Assembly: GCA_020859685.1 (NCBI GenBank)
Contig: JAJBVT010000053.1
Span: 11,809 to 75,808 of the forward strand
Origin: Rikenellaceae bacterium
GTDB lineage: Bacteria > Bacteroidota > Bacteroidia > Bacteroidales > Rikenellaceae
Length of the DNA: 64,000 bases
Direction of reading: 5' to 3'
Numbering within the stretch: the stretch's first letter is position 1; the number at the start of each line of letters is the position of its first letter. This document shows positions 45,465 through 56,121 of the stretch, in pieces. The position numbers and the translations under genes are program-made. The notes beneath the pieces were generated by a model, which saw only the letters and a list, made by a program, of their open reading frames with translations, did not search any database and was not told the DNA's origin.

Positions 45465-45563
45465 GCTCCGACGCATCGGTATGGTGCCCAGGTAGGCAGC
45501 GCGCAGGCCGGGTTTTTGAGATAAACGGAATGCGGGTCGGTTCGGCTGCCGGACCGGGGGATG

Positions 45564-45773
45564 CCGGATGGTTGAGACCGGATGAGTACGGTGGGCCGGA
45601 TTGGTGCCGGATACCCCAAGTGACCGAGCCGGATGGTCGAGTACCGGATTTGTGCCGTATGGCTGGGTTCCCGATAGTCGAAAGGTGCATAGTTGAGGTA
45701 CTGGTTACCGATGCGGGAGGCAGTAAGTCGGATATTCTGGGCCATCTAAGGCCGGGATACCGGATGGCCGGAT
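45564..45773. repeat. Irregular array of 8 exact CCGGAT hexamers in a non-coding spacer
   Basis: CCGGAT starts at 45564, 45578, 45596, 45607, 45629, 45644, 45760 and 45768, with degenerate copies nearby (CCGTAT, CCGGCT). Confidence 0.6.
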
Positions 45774-45843
45774 GGTTAGGCCGGCTGGCCGGGACTTACG
45801 GGAAAAATGTTTTAGGATTAAAATGTAAAAAGTTATAAGGACT

Positions 45844-47139
45844 ATGAGAGTATTGATGTTCGGATGGGAGTTTCCACCCCATATTGCCGGAGGGCTGGGA
45901 ACGGCATGTTACGGCCTGACAAGGGGCCTCGCCAAGAACGGTGTACAGGTTACATTCGTGATGCCCCACGCATACGGTGATGAAGACCAGCGCTTTGTGC
46001 GTGTCGTAAATGCCAGCGATGTAGAGGCGTTGTACGGCGTCCCGGGCCATGACCTGCTTCCCGAGAACCTCTCGTTCATCCACATCGACTCCAATATGGT
46101 CCCCTATATATCTCCGGAGGATTTCGAGGCCGAAAGGCGTACAGTAGAGACCCGGCAGGTCGGCGGGGGCCACGTTCCCGGCGATACATGGCGCGAGAGA
46201 TACGACTTCTCGGGCAAGTACGGTGCGAACCTGCTCGAAGAGGTGGCCCGTTACGCCATAGTGGCGGCTGAGGTCGCGCGGCAGATGGAAGGGCAGTTCG
46301 ACGTCATCCATGCCCACGACTGGCTCACCTACTATGCCGGTATCGCCGCAAAGCAGGTATCCGGCAAACCGCTGGTGGTGCATATGCACGCAACGGAGTT
46401 CGACCGCAGCGGGGAACATGTCAATCAGGCCGTTTACGACATAGAGCGGACCGGAATGAGCGCGGCCGACAGGGTTATAGCGGTGAGTAACCTCACAAGG
46501 AATATTGTGATTGAAAAATACGGTATTCCGGCCGACAGGGTAGTGACGGTGCACAACGCGGTGGCGTTCGCTGCCAACGACCAGACGGAGGCCGAACGGG
46601 GTGTAAGGGACAAGATTGTCACGTTCCTCGGCAGGATAACCTACCAGAAGGGGCCGGATTATTTCGTCGAAGCGGCGGCCAAAGTGCTGAAACGGCTGGA
46701 CAACGTTCGGTTCGTGATGGCGGGCAGCGGCGATATGATGAACCATGTAATACGCCGTGTGGCCAAACTGGGTATTGCCGACAGATTCCATTTCACGGGC
46801 TTTCTCAAGGGTGACGACGTGCAGAAAATGTTCTCGATGAGCGACGTATATGTGATGCCGTCCGTGAGCGAGCCGTTCGGGATATCGCCGCTGGAGGCGA
46901 TGAAATCCAACGTACCGGTGATTATATCCAAGCAGTCCGGCGTGGCCGAGATTCTGGACTATGCCGTGAAAGTGGATTACTGGGATGTGGACGCCATGGC
47001 CGACGCCATATATGCCCTCGTGCAGTACCCCGCCCTCGGAACAATGTTTGCCCGCAAAGGGCTGGAAGAGGTGACGGGTCTAAAATGGGATAACGCGGCG
47101 GAGAAGGTAAAGGAAGTATACGAGTCAGTGGTCTCATAG
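45844..47139 (+). CDS. GT4-family glycosyltransferase (glycogen-synthase-like)
   Basis: 431 aa. MRVLMFGWEFPPHIAGGLGTAC. C-terminal E-x7-E-type region SEPFGISPLEAM. Confidence 0.8.
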   Translation: MRVLMFGWEFPPHIAGGLGTACYGLTRGLAKNGVQVTFVMPHAYGDEDQRFVRVVNASDVEALYGVPGHDLLPENLSFIHIDSNMVPYISPEDFEAERRTVETRQVGGGHVPGDTWRERYDFSGKYGANLLEEVARYAIVAAEVARQMEGQFDVIHAHDWLTYYAGIAAKQVSGKPLVVHMHATEFDRSGEHVNQAVYDIERTGMSAADRVIAVSNLTRNIVIEKYGIPADRVVTVHNAVAFAANDQTEAERGVRDKIVTFLGRITYQKGPDYFVEAAAKVLKRLDNVRFVMAGSGDMMNHVIRRVAKLGIADRFHFTGFLKGDDVQKMFSMSDVYVMPSVSEPFGISPLEAMKSNVPVIISKQSGVAEILDYAVKVDYWDVDAMADAIYALVQYPALGTMFARKGLEEVTGLKWDNAAEKVKEVYESVVS

Positions 47140-47244
47140 CATTCCCGGCGGCCAGCAGCAGTGCCAGCACCCGCAGCATCGGGACGAAATGCTTCGACAT
47201 AACCGGCAAGTTCAAGTATAAATATTATAACACTATATCATTCT

Positions 47245-48606
47245 ATGAAGACCCTATGTTTCTATTTCCAGGTACACCAACCCATGCGGCTGAAGAAGTA
47301 CCGGTTTTTCAATATGGGCAGGGATCATTACTATCTCGACGATGTTACGAATTCCGCCATAATGAAAAAGGTGGCCGAAAGGTGTTACCTTCCGATGAAC
47401 GCATTGCTGCTCAAACTTATTGAACAGAACGAGGGTAAATTTAAGGTCAGTTTCTCAATAACTGGCCTGGCTATGGAGCAGTTCCGAGAGAGTGCTCCCG
47501 AAGTTCTCGAGAGTTTCCGCAAGCTCGCCGAAACCGGGTGTGTGGAGTTCCTCGCCGAAACTTACGACCATTCGCTGGCCTCGCTTATAAGCGAAGAAGA
47601 GTTCTCCGAACAGGTACGGGCGCACAGCGACCTGATGGAGAAAGAGTTCGGCAAGCGTCCGACCGCTTTCCGCAATACCGAATTGATCTATTCCGACGGG
47701 ATAGGCGAAATGGTTGCAAAAATGGGATTCCGGACCATGCTCGCCGAAGGGGCTAAACATATCCTCGGCTGGAAAAGCCCGAATTTCATCTATGCTAACG
47801 CTATGGACCAGCGGTTGAGACTGCTGCTGCGTAACTACAAACTCAGCGACGATATCGCTTTCCGGTTCTCCGACCGCGGGTGGAACCAGTGGCCCCTCAC
47901 AGTGGATAAATACCTGTCGTGGCTCACGGCCGAGGACGTGCCGGGTGAGGTCCTTAATCTTTTTATGGATTACGAGACCTTCGGCGAACACCAGAACGCC
48001 GACACTGGAATCTTCGATTTTATGGCCTATCTGCCGGGTGCCGCCTTGAAGACCGGCGAGCTCCGGTTCGCTACCGTTTCGGAAGCCGCAGAGACCCATC
48101 AGCCCGTAGCCGTGCTATCTTGCCCGCATGCCATGTCGTGGGCGGACGAGGAGAGGGATATCACCGCGTGGCTCGGAAACGAATTGCAGAACGAGGCGTT
48201 CAACAAGCTATACGCTCTGCGCGACACTGTGAAGGCTCTCGACAATCCGGGCTACAACTATGTCTGGAACTTTATGCAGACCTCCGACCACTTCTATTAT
48301 ATGGCCACCAAATGGCTCTCGGACGGCGACGTACACAGCTACTTCAACCCATACGATTCGAGTTACGAGGCTTTTATGAACTATATGAACGTACTGAGCG
48401 ACTTCGAAATAGAACTGGGCAAGAAAAAATCCGAGAAGGAGCAACCTGGAGCCGAAGCCGTGGAAGCGGTTCAATGCTCACCGGCCTGCGACACGGCGAC
48501 CGAACTTATGGGCAAACCGGCCAAGGGCGGCAAGGGTAAGAAGTCCGACGGAAAGCCCAAGAAGTCCGCGAAAAAAACGGGGAAAAAGGAGTCGCTCCCG
48601 GCATAG
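47245..48606 (+). CDS. GH57-family alpha-glucan-active enzyme with Lys-rich C-terminal tail
   Basis: 453 aa with a GH57-like N-terminus (FYFQVHQPMRL, ..ETYDHSLA..). The tail is GKGKKSDGKPKKSAKKTGKK. Confidence 0.75.
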   Translation: MKTLCFYFQVHQPMRLKKYRFFNMGRDHYYLDDVTNSAIMKKVAERCYLPMNALLLKLIEQNEGKFKVSFSITGLAMEQFRESAPEVLESFRKLAETGCVEFLAETYDHSLASLISEEEFSEQVRAHSDLMEKEFGKRPTAFRNTELIYSDGIGEMVAKMGFRTMLAEGAKHILGWKSPNFIYANAMDQRLRLLLRNYKLSDDIAFRFSDRGWNQWPLTVDKYLSWLTAEDVPGEVLNLFMDYETFGEHQNADTGIFDFMAYLPGAALKTGELRFATVSEAAETHQPVAVLSCPHAMSWADEERDITAWLGNELQNEAFNKLYALRDTVKALDNPGYNYVWNFMQTSDHFYYMATKWLSDGDVHSYFNPYDSSYEAFMNYMNVLSDFEIELGKKKSEKEQPGAEAVEAVQCSPACDTATELMGKPAKGGKGKKSDGKPKKSAKKTGKKESLPA

Positions 48607-48782
48607 CCAAGGTACGGATCACGGTTCCGGTAAAAGAGGCGGGTCTGTCCTAACGGGATACATGAAATAAGGTAACTTACAATTTTACAATTTTTATTTT
48701 CAGCGGCCCGCCACCCCATCACCGGTGGGCCGTGTCTGCAAAGCAGACAATATTGTAAGCTATTTATTATTAACGACAATAT

Positions 48783-48810
48783 AATGGGAGGCATTTAAAT
48801 GCCTCCCATT
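48783..48810. terminator. Perfect palindromic hairpin AATGGGAGGCATT/AATGCCTCCCATT (possible bidirectional terminator)
   Basis: 13-bp stem with AT-rich flanks but no strong U-run. Confidence 0.35.
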
Positions 48811-49371
48811 ATTATGCCCGGACCCGGCCCGGCCGGTATTTAACCCAATTATCCGGACTCTACCCGAACTATCCCGGTGGAGCACGCGGCAAATCCCGAG
48901 GGGAACCGTAAAATAGCTTCAATGTACATACTTCCACCTGCTATTATATCCTCCGATTCATTTTCAAATAACACCGGCCGTCTAAACTGTTATAATTGCC
49001 AACAGGTAAAATCGGTTTTATCCTCTTTACGAGGCAATTGTCAGGCTTCCTTTTCGGCGAGAATACCCCCCTCCGTAAAACCCTTCTGAAAGAGTTTTTG
49101 CGGGATATAGACCCCTGAACGGACAAAACGGCGACAGCAAAAAAAGACAAAAAAACGCTATATTCTTGACCATCCGTATTTCTAATACCTGTTATCTACC
49201 GTTATAATGCGAATTGTACCGGCAGAGTGAATGGCACCCTGCGGGGTCTTTGAGCCTTTAACAGCGTGGAGAACATTATTCACGTGCTGGCGTATTAAAA
49301 AAAATAAAAAAGGTACAAATAAGATAAAGCGACATGAGAGGCGGTTTAACTCGGTAGGGCACAAATATAAA

Positions 49372-49398
49372 AAGAGGACGCCGTATTGGCGTCCTCTT
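49372..49398 (-). terminator. Intrinsic terminator of eno
   Basis: AAGAGGACGCC-loop-GGCGTCCTCTT, followed on the minus strand by TTTTATATTT. Its top lies 20 nt after the eno stop. Confidence 0.75.
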
Positions 49399-49418
49399 CG
49401 GTGTGTTTCAGGGTGTGG

Positions 49419-50726
<1,308 letters not shown>

Positions 50727-50931
50727 TTAATGATTTAGTTATGTTTACAATATATAATTTTCCGATTAGCAAAAAACCATGTAAAGATACGATAAAGCCC
50801 CGGATTAAACAACACCCGTGCCACCGGCAGGGAATCCCGCTCCGGCAAATCCGAAAACGGTCGGCATCAGCATTAAATAATTTTCGGTAAAAATATTATC
50901 TTGCAATGAATTAACCTTTAAATCCAAAATC

Positions 50932-51345
50932 ATGGGCCTCATTTATGACACTGTGCTGTCGGCATTCAAAGCCGAGGAGCTCAATTACGAACTCAACGAC
51001 GATAAAGACGTCTTCTCGATGATTTTTACCACCGATAACGGCAATGTTACGGTCAAATTACTCGTCGGCGAAGAAGACGCATACTTCGGGGTGGTGGGTT
51101 ACCTGCCAGCCACCATACCGGTGAAATACGTCGACAGGGTATACGCTATTATCAACGACATCAACAAGAATTCGGTATTACCCTTTTGGGTATTCGACCC
51201 CGAGTCGGGAGAATTATCCCTGCGGTGCGGCAATTCGGTTCCAGACGGTCATATCAACGAGAGAATGGTCGTCGAACTGGTTTATGGCATCGTGGAGTTG
51301 ATAGACGGACAGTACGAGAGTATAATGAAGGAGATATATAAATAA
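50932..51345 (+). CDS. YbjN-like (putative bacterial sensory-transduction/chaperone-like) protein
   Basis: 137 aa soluble protein. The pattern of alternating beta-like segments resembles the YbjN family. Weak call. Confidence 0.4.
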   Translation: MGLIYDTVLSAFKAEELNYELNDDKDVFSMIFTTDNGNVTVKLLVGEEDAYFGVVGYLPATIPVKYVDRVYAIINDINKNSVLPFWVFDPESGELSLRCGNSVPDGHINERMVVELVYGIVELIDGQYESIMKEIYK

Positions 51346-51397
51346 ACAAGCGGGGGGACTCTTACGGTCCCCCACTTCACATCTTATCTTTCTCCGA

Positions 51398-52378
51398 TCA
51401 ATTACCGCCGCCGAAATTAGATTTTATATAATCAGCTATACCGAACCGCTTCCTTTTTTTGGCTGCCTCCAACTGGTCGACTTCCGTGTTTATTATCGAC
51501 TGTTCCCCCTTTTCGACCAGTTTTTCAAGGAAAGAAAGTATATCGTGGCGATTGTCGGTCATCGGGCTGGCGGCAATTCTATGGTCGGCGTTGTCGACCG
51601 AGTAAAAGACGTGCGGACTGTCGGCCTTCGCCAGTTTTTTCGCTATATGCTTCGACCCGAAAAATCCCATGCCGAGTTTTCGAATTCTATTGTAAGGTAC
51701 GTTCGAATCCGCATCGCCGTGGAAAAGCATTACCGGGCACGGTTCGGAGGCGAAACTTATATCGCGGGAATAGACCAGTATCGCCCCGGCGAACGAAACC
51801 ACCCCCGCGTAGTTGAATCCCACGGGAAGCCGCCCGGCAATCTCCCACCCGTTACAAATGGCGTACTCTCCCTACAGTACCGAAATCGCCCCCGCACTCG
51901 ACCCATTGGCAATAATCCGCCCCGGGTCCACGCCCCAATCCCCGGCATGGTCCAGCACGAATGCCGTGGCGTCGAACAGGTCCTCCACCGCCATATTCAC
52001 CACATCGAGGAACAGAGCCATAAACGCCTTAGCCTGCCTTATCTTCCCTCCGGAGCGTTCCTGTGTCGTCGCACCCCTCTCGGCAAGGCTTTTGAAACCG
52101 AGCCGGTAATCTATCGATACGACCGTGTAGCCGTTTTCGGCAAGGAACTCGAAGTACGGAATATAACCTTTGCCGTCGCGAGAACCGGTAAAGAAACCGC
52201 CGCCGAACATAAATATCACGCAGGGGGAACCGGCGGCATTCACTGCCCGGTACCGGTCAAGATAGAGGGAATCGGTATCTTTAACCGCGTAGAGATATGT
52301 CTCTTTCCGGACGGCTTGCCCGGATAACAGAGTAACGGTAAATAATAATACGGATAGGGATGAAACTGCCTTTCTCAT
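51398..52378 (-). pseudogene. Alpha/beta-hydrolase (esterase/lipase-like) interrupted by one in-frame TAG
   Basis: MRKAVSSLSVLLF... (signal peptide), HGGG-like FMFGGGF, nucleophile elbow GSSAG. Then ISVL, TAG (51872-51874), and in the same frame GEYAICNGWEIAGRLPVGFNYAG...HGDADSNVP...DH (Asp/His of the triad). Confidence 0.65.
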
Positions 52379-52424
52379 TATTGAATAGAATTTATATAGT
52401 GCGGGGTGCAAAATCCCCGCCTTT

Positions 52425-52901
52425 TTATATCAACGTTCCCGGTTCCTGCGGGTTGTAGCCCGTATCTTCGGGTAGGTTCGTACCGTTGGCCGCGGCCACG
52501 GCGAGCCGGTCGCACCTCTCGTTCTCCGGAATTTCGGCATGCCCTTTTACCCAGACGAATTTTACACGGTGCCTCCGGTAAACGGTCAGGAACCGGCGCC
52601 ACAGGTCTGGGTTCTTTTTGCCTTTGAATCCCTTGCGCTCCCAGCCGAATACCCAGCCCTTCTCCACCGCGTTTACCACATACTGTGAGTCGGAGTAGAT
52701 CGTCACATCGCACGGCTCCACCTTCAGGGTCTCCAGCCCCACGCAGACCGCCATCAACTCCATGCGGTTGTTCGTGGTCAGCCGGAACCCTCCGCTAAGC
52801 TCTTTACGGTGATTCGGTGGTGCCAGCATCACAACTCCATACCCTCCCGGCCCGGGATTTCCCAGTGCCGACCCGTCGGTATATATTACAACCTTCGCCA
52901 T
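52425..52901 (-). CDS. rnhA: Ribonuclease HI
   Basis: Start at [51 protein letters not shown]. Confidence 0.9.
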   Translation of the reverse strand: MAKVVIYTDGSALGNPGPGGYGVVMLAPPNHRKELSGGFRLTTNNRMELMAVCVGLETLKVEPCDVTIYSDSQYVVNAVEKGWVFGWERKGFKGKKNPDLWRRFLTVYRRHRVKFVWVKGHAEIPENERCDRLAVAAANGTNLPEDTGYNPQEPGTLI

Positions 52902-52991
52902 TTCCGCCCGTGAAGATAAATGTTTTTTGCTTAACATTATTTTTTTGCAAACCAATGTAAAATCAGCGACCACCGGAAGTATTAGACGGAT

Positions 52992-53134
52992 AAAAAATAC
53001 GGGGCGCCTCCCGGCGGCCCGTACTTAATTTTTCAACCAAATAATTGCTAATTGATGAAAATCAAACTATATAAAAATAAATATTGAATAAAATTCCCGC
53101 CCGTGCGGCCACTACCCCTAGGGCCGCACCGGGA
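52992..53134 (-). ncRNA. Conserved structured 3-prime element, copy 3 of 3, with intrinsic terminator of fimbrial operon 2
   Basis: Nested stems TCCCG/CGGGA and GTGCGGCC/GGCCGCAC around ACTACCCCTAG (53111-53121). TCAACCA at 53033-53039. Hairpin at 52999-53022 followed on the minus strand by a U-run (52992-52998). Starts 14 nt after the stop of 53148-56093. Confidence 0.45.
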
Positions 53135-53147
53135 GAGATATTGTGTC

Positions 53148-56093
53148 TCACTCGTCCACCACACAGCGGATGGGATAGGCTAAAGGCTTATTACCGAATG
53201 AAGTTTGACATTCGTCCTTCCTTGTTAATATCGACCAGGCCATAGCACCGCCGGTGTAAGATGTAGCCGTCCAGTATTGTCCGTAGTATGCGGTACCCGA
53301 TATTTGGCCGGTGGTATTCCGGAATCCGGCGATAGGGAAGAAAAGCGAGGCGTTATTGTAGGGATTGTAGAACAACCGGCCTATATAGCCCACATTATAT
53401 TTATCACTGAGTACGGCCGCATCGGCTTCTCCCGTTATCGTGCCGGTTATCATATGCCGATCGAAGAAACCGTCTGCAAGATAACCCCAGAAACTGTTTT
53501 GGATATTATTGTTCACCCCTACCACCAGATTGAGCCAGAGGGACTGGCGTTGCTCAAAATCATCGACAGGTGTATTATTAGCAATCTCAACCGATGTCGA
53601 CCCGTCCGTGGCACGGCGGTATCCCGGCGGGCAGGTCTCATGGGTCGATTTCAGATCGTATGAATCTTCCCAGTTCCCGGTTGCTCGGGTGTTCTGCCAA
53701 CCGGTGATTGCCGTCCCAACACCCGGGTTGGTCGGATGCCATGCGTAACGGGGAAAGCTCGCGTTGGCCCACTGGAAATAAGCGCCCACCTGGGACGGAT
53801 ACTCCGTAAACGTGCCGCCATTCAGGGCGAGCTGGGAGTGATCCGAAGTGGCGGTCCCCCCGGGTTTGGTACCGTCTAAATATTCCTGCGAAGTGATATT
53901 GTAAGGCGAAATTTTCACCGTATGGGTCCGCGCCGCAATGGCGCCGTTGGGCACGGGATCCTCGCTGCGCATAAGGTAGTCCGGGTCGTGGCCCTGACGA
54001 ACGTATATCATTCCCGCGTTTTTCCCGTCGTTGTAGTTTACCAGTATCTTACCGTACCTTGCCGGGGCTTCGTCGGTAGGGGTATAGGGGCCCGTCAGCC
54101 CTATTCGGAAATAGAGCGGTTCGGTAGAGTTATACACTCCGCTAATCGCGTTACTGCCCGAGGTCAGTCTGTAAAGGGCGTCGTTCGCCGGATCGTTCAT
54201 ATCGGCCGGACTCTCGCCCGCCGCCCAGGTGACCCCCGGGTCTTTCGTCGGCTCCGTATCGAGCATAATCCAATCTTCCCCGTCTACGACCCTCGCCGTC
54301 CATCCCGCCGCTACGGTATTGGTAAAGTTCGGAATGTGAATCAACCGCTCCCCGCTCTGCTCGGCCCTCCAGAACGCGCCGACGTACATATACGGAGTGG
54401 CATAGTCGGGCAGGTCACCCACATTCACATAGTTCTGACCCACATACATTTTTATCCGCGACAGGGTGCCGTCCTGATTTTTGCGTACCGCATATAGCTC
54501 ACCCCCGGTGCGGTAAGTACCGGTTTGGTCCCTTTCCAATATATAGGGTTCGGCCATCAGGTATAATTTACCGGGAGAGGTGAGCGTAATCCTGTCCTCT
54601 ATCCGTGAAGTTCCGTCCGGGGAGACGGCCAGATAATTATCCGTGCCCCGGCTCGTTATCTGACACTCTACGTAATCGCCGTCGAGCTCCAGATATCCGG
54701 AGCTGTCGAGTCTGTCCACTACCGATACCGTAACCTCCTGTTCAAGGTTCCCCAGAGTGACCGTAATGGTGCCGCCGGTTGCGCCGGTTGAAATCATGAC
54801 GCTTACCGTAGTTACCCCGCCGGATGTTTCCGCAAGGTTGATCGTAGTCGGAATCGGGTAGATCCCGGTTGTACTGGACAATACGGTCGCCGTTGTAATT
54901 CCCATAGCCGCCGTTGCGTCGGTAGTAATTATAAACGCCTCAGAAAGTGTTGTCCCGGGGGAGCCGTATAGAACCACCTCCGAATTGGACAGGCCGAGAT
55001 AATACTGTCCGTTCGAAACTATCTCATGGGCATAGGCATCGGTAACCTCTATTTCGTATTCGATGTTGGAAAGGGGAGCGTCGATAGCCTCCTGCATCGA
55101 GGCGTAACCACGTCCGGCGGCTGTTATGGTGAATGTGTAATTCTTATTCCGCTCTATCTCCCGGTAGACCTCATCTATGACGAACCCGAGTTTGTAATAG
55201 TAGCTCTTATCTATATAAACGGCTTTTATTATAACGGCAGTCCCGAGGTCGTCGGCAGCCTCGTAGATATATAGCGGGGTGTCGGCCGTAGTGTTGCCCG
55301 TGGCGGGGGCCATACCGCTTACTCCGTCGCCGGTGGTGGCGGTAAGGTAGCTGGTTGTATTGGATGTGTTGTCCTGTACGGCCGTGCCCGCGGGCCGGTA
55401 GAAGCTCCCGTTCCGGGGAGCGTTTACGAGTCCTGCGCCTTCGAGGGTGAACCCGGTCAGGCCGCTGTCTACGTTCACCGTCGCTTTTGCCACCGAGCGG
55501 GTAAGCAGTAATTTGTCGGACGAAGTGCCCAACTCGGTGGTATCGTCTATCTTCGTCACCTCTTTGATGCCCGCGAGGGGGAGTTTGGTCTGTGGCGCGG
55601 TGAAAGGCGCCACGGCCTGCAAAGAGGAGTTGAGCAGTTGCGTGCGCAGGACATCCTTAACGTCGTCGAGTGTCTTGCCCTCCATCGCCTGAGTGATATC
55701 ATAGGCGGAGAATTGGGTGTCCGTGCCGGAATTGCGGAATTTATCGCCGGGAACGTTGGCGACGAGCAGTATGGTACTCGGCTGGTCGGTCATACTGAGG
55801 GTTACGACCGTCTCCGTGCCCGACACCTCGGCCTGGGCCGCCTCCGTGAAGCTCGCCGTGTTGCCGTGGCCTTCGAAAACCAGCACCACCGGAAGGTCGA
55901 TACCGTCCTCATCCGCAGCGGCCCGTGTGCCGGGAGCGGCGTAATCCGCGGAGTTGGTGTAGAGCGTCAGCCGCACCTTGCCGTCGGGCACGTCCGGAAT
56001 TCTGTTATCCGTATCGTCCCGGATACACGATATCCCTGCAAGCACCAGCGCGCCCAGAGTGAATAATCTCGATAATATCTGTCGTGAGTCCAT
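53148..56093 (-). CDS. Fimbrial tip/accessory adhesin-like lipoprotein with Fib_succ/DUF1566-like lectin C-terminus
   Basis: 981 aa with lipobox GISC and a fimbrillin-like N-terminus (LPVVLVFEG.., ILLVANV.., LPLAG). YVGAFWRAEQSGER repeat region. C-terminal ETCPPGYRRATDG...ASLFFPIAGFR...YWTATS...YPIRCVVDE. Confidence 0.6.
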   Translation of the reverse strand: MDSRQILSRLFTLGALVLAGISCIRDDTDNRIPDVPDGKVRLTLYTNSADYAAPGTRAAADEDGIDLPVVLVFEGHGNTASFTEAAQAEVSGTETVVTLSMTDQPSTILLVANVPGDKFRNSGTDTQFSAYDITQAMEGKTLDDVKDVLRTQLLNSSLQAVAPFTAPQTKLPLAGIKEVTKIDDTTELGTSSDKLLLTRSVAKATVNVDSGLTGFTLEGAGLVNAPRNGSFYRPAGTAVQDNTSNTTSYLTATTGDGVSGMAPATGNTTADTPLYIYEAADDLGTAVIIKAVYIDKSYYYKLGFVIDEVYREIERNKNYTFTITAAGRGYASMQEAIDAPLSNIEYEIEVTDAYAHEIVSNGQYYLGLSNSEVVLYGSPGTTLSEAFIITTDATAAMGITTATVLSSTTGIYPIPTTINLAETSGGVTTVSVMISTGATGGTITVTLGNLEQEVTVSVVDRLDSSGYLELDGDYVECQITSRGTDNYLAVSPDGTSRIEDRITLTSPGKLYLMAEPYILERDQTGTYRTGGELYAVRKNQDGTLSRIKMYVGQNYVNVGDLPDYATPYMYVGAFWRAEQSGERLIHIPNFTNTVAAGWTARVVDGEDWIMLDTEPTKDPGVTWAAGESPADMNDPANDALYRLTSGSNAISGVYNSTEPLYFRIGLTGPYTPTDEAPARYGKILVNYNDGKNAGMIYVRQGHDPDYLMRSEDPVPNGAIAARTHTVKISPYNITSQEYLDGTKPGGTATSDHSQLALNGGTFTEYPSQVGAYFQWANASFPRYAWHPTNPGVGTAITGWQNTRATGNWEDSYDLKSTHETCPPGYRRATDGSTSVEIANNTPVDDFEQRQSLWLNLVVGVNNNIQNSFWGYLADGFFDRHMITGTITGEADAAVLSDKYNVGYIGRLFYNPYNNASLFFPIAGFRNTTGQISGTAYYGQYWTATSYTGGAMAWSILTRKDECQTSFGNKPLAYPIRCVVDE

Positions 56094-56121
56094 ATACTTT
56101 TTAGTATTTGTATCCTTACTA

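Noticed and set aside
45564-45773. The CCGGAT cluster as a CRISPR array or minisatellite.
   Set aside because: The repeat unit is only 6 nt and spacing is irregular (8-22 nt, then a 110-nt gap). There is no leader and there are no cas genes.
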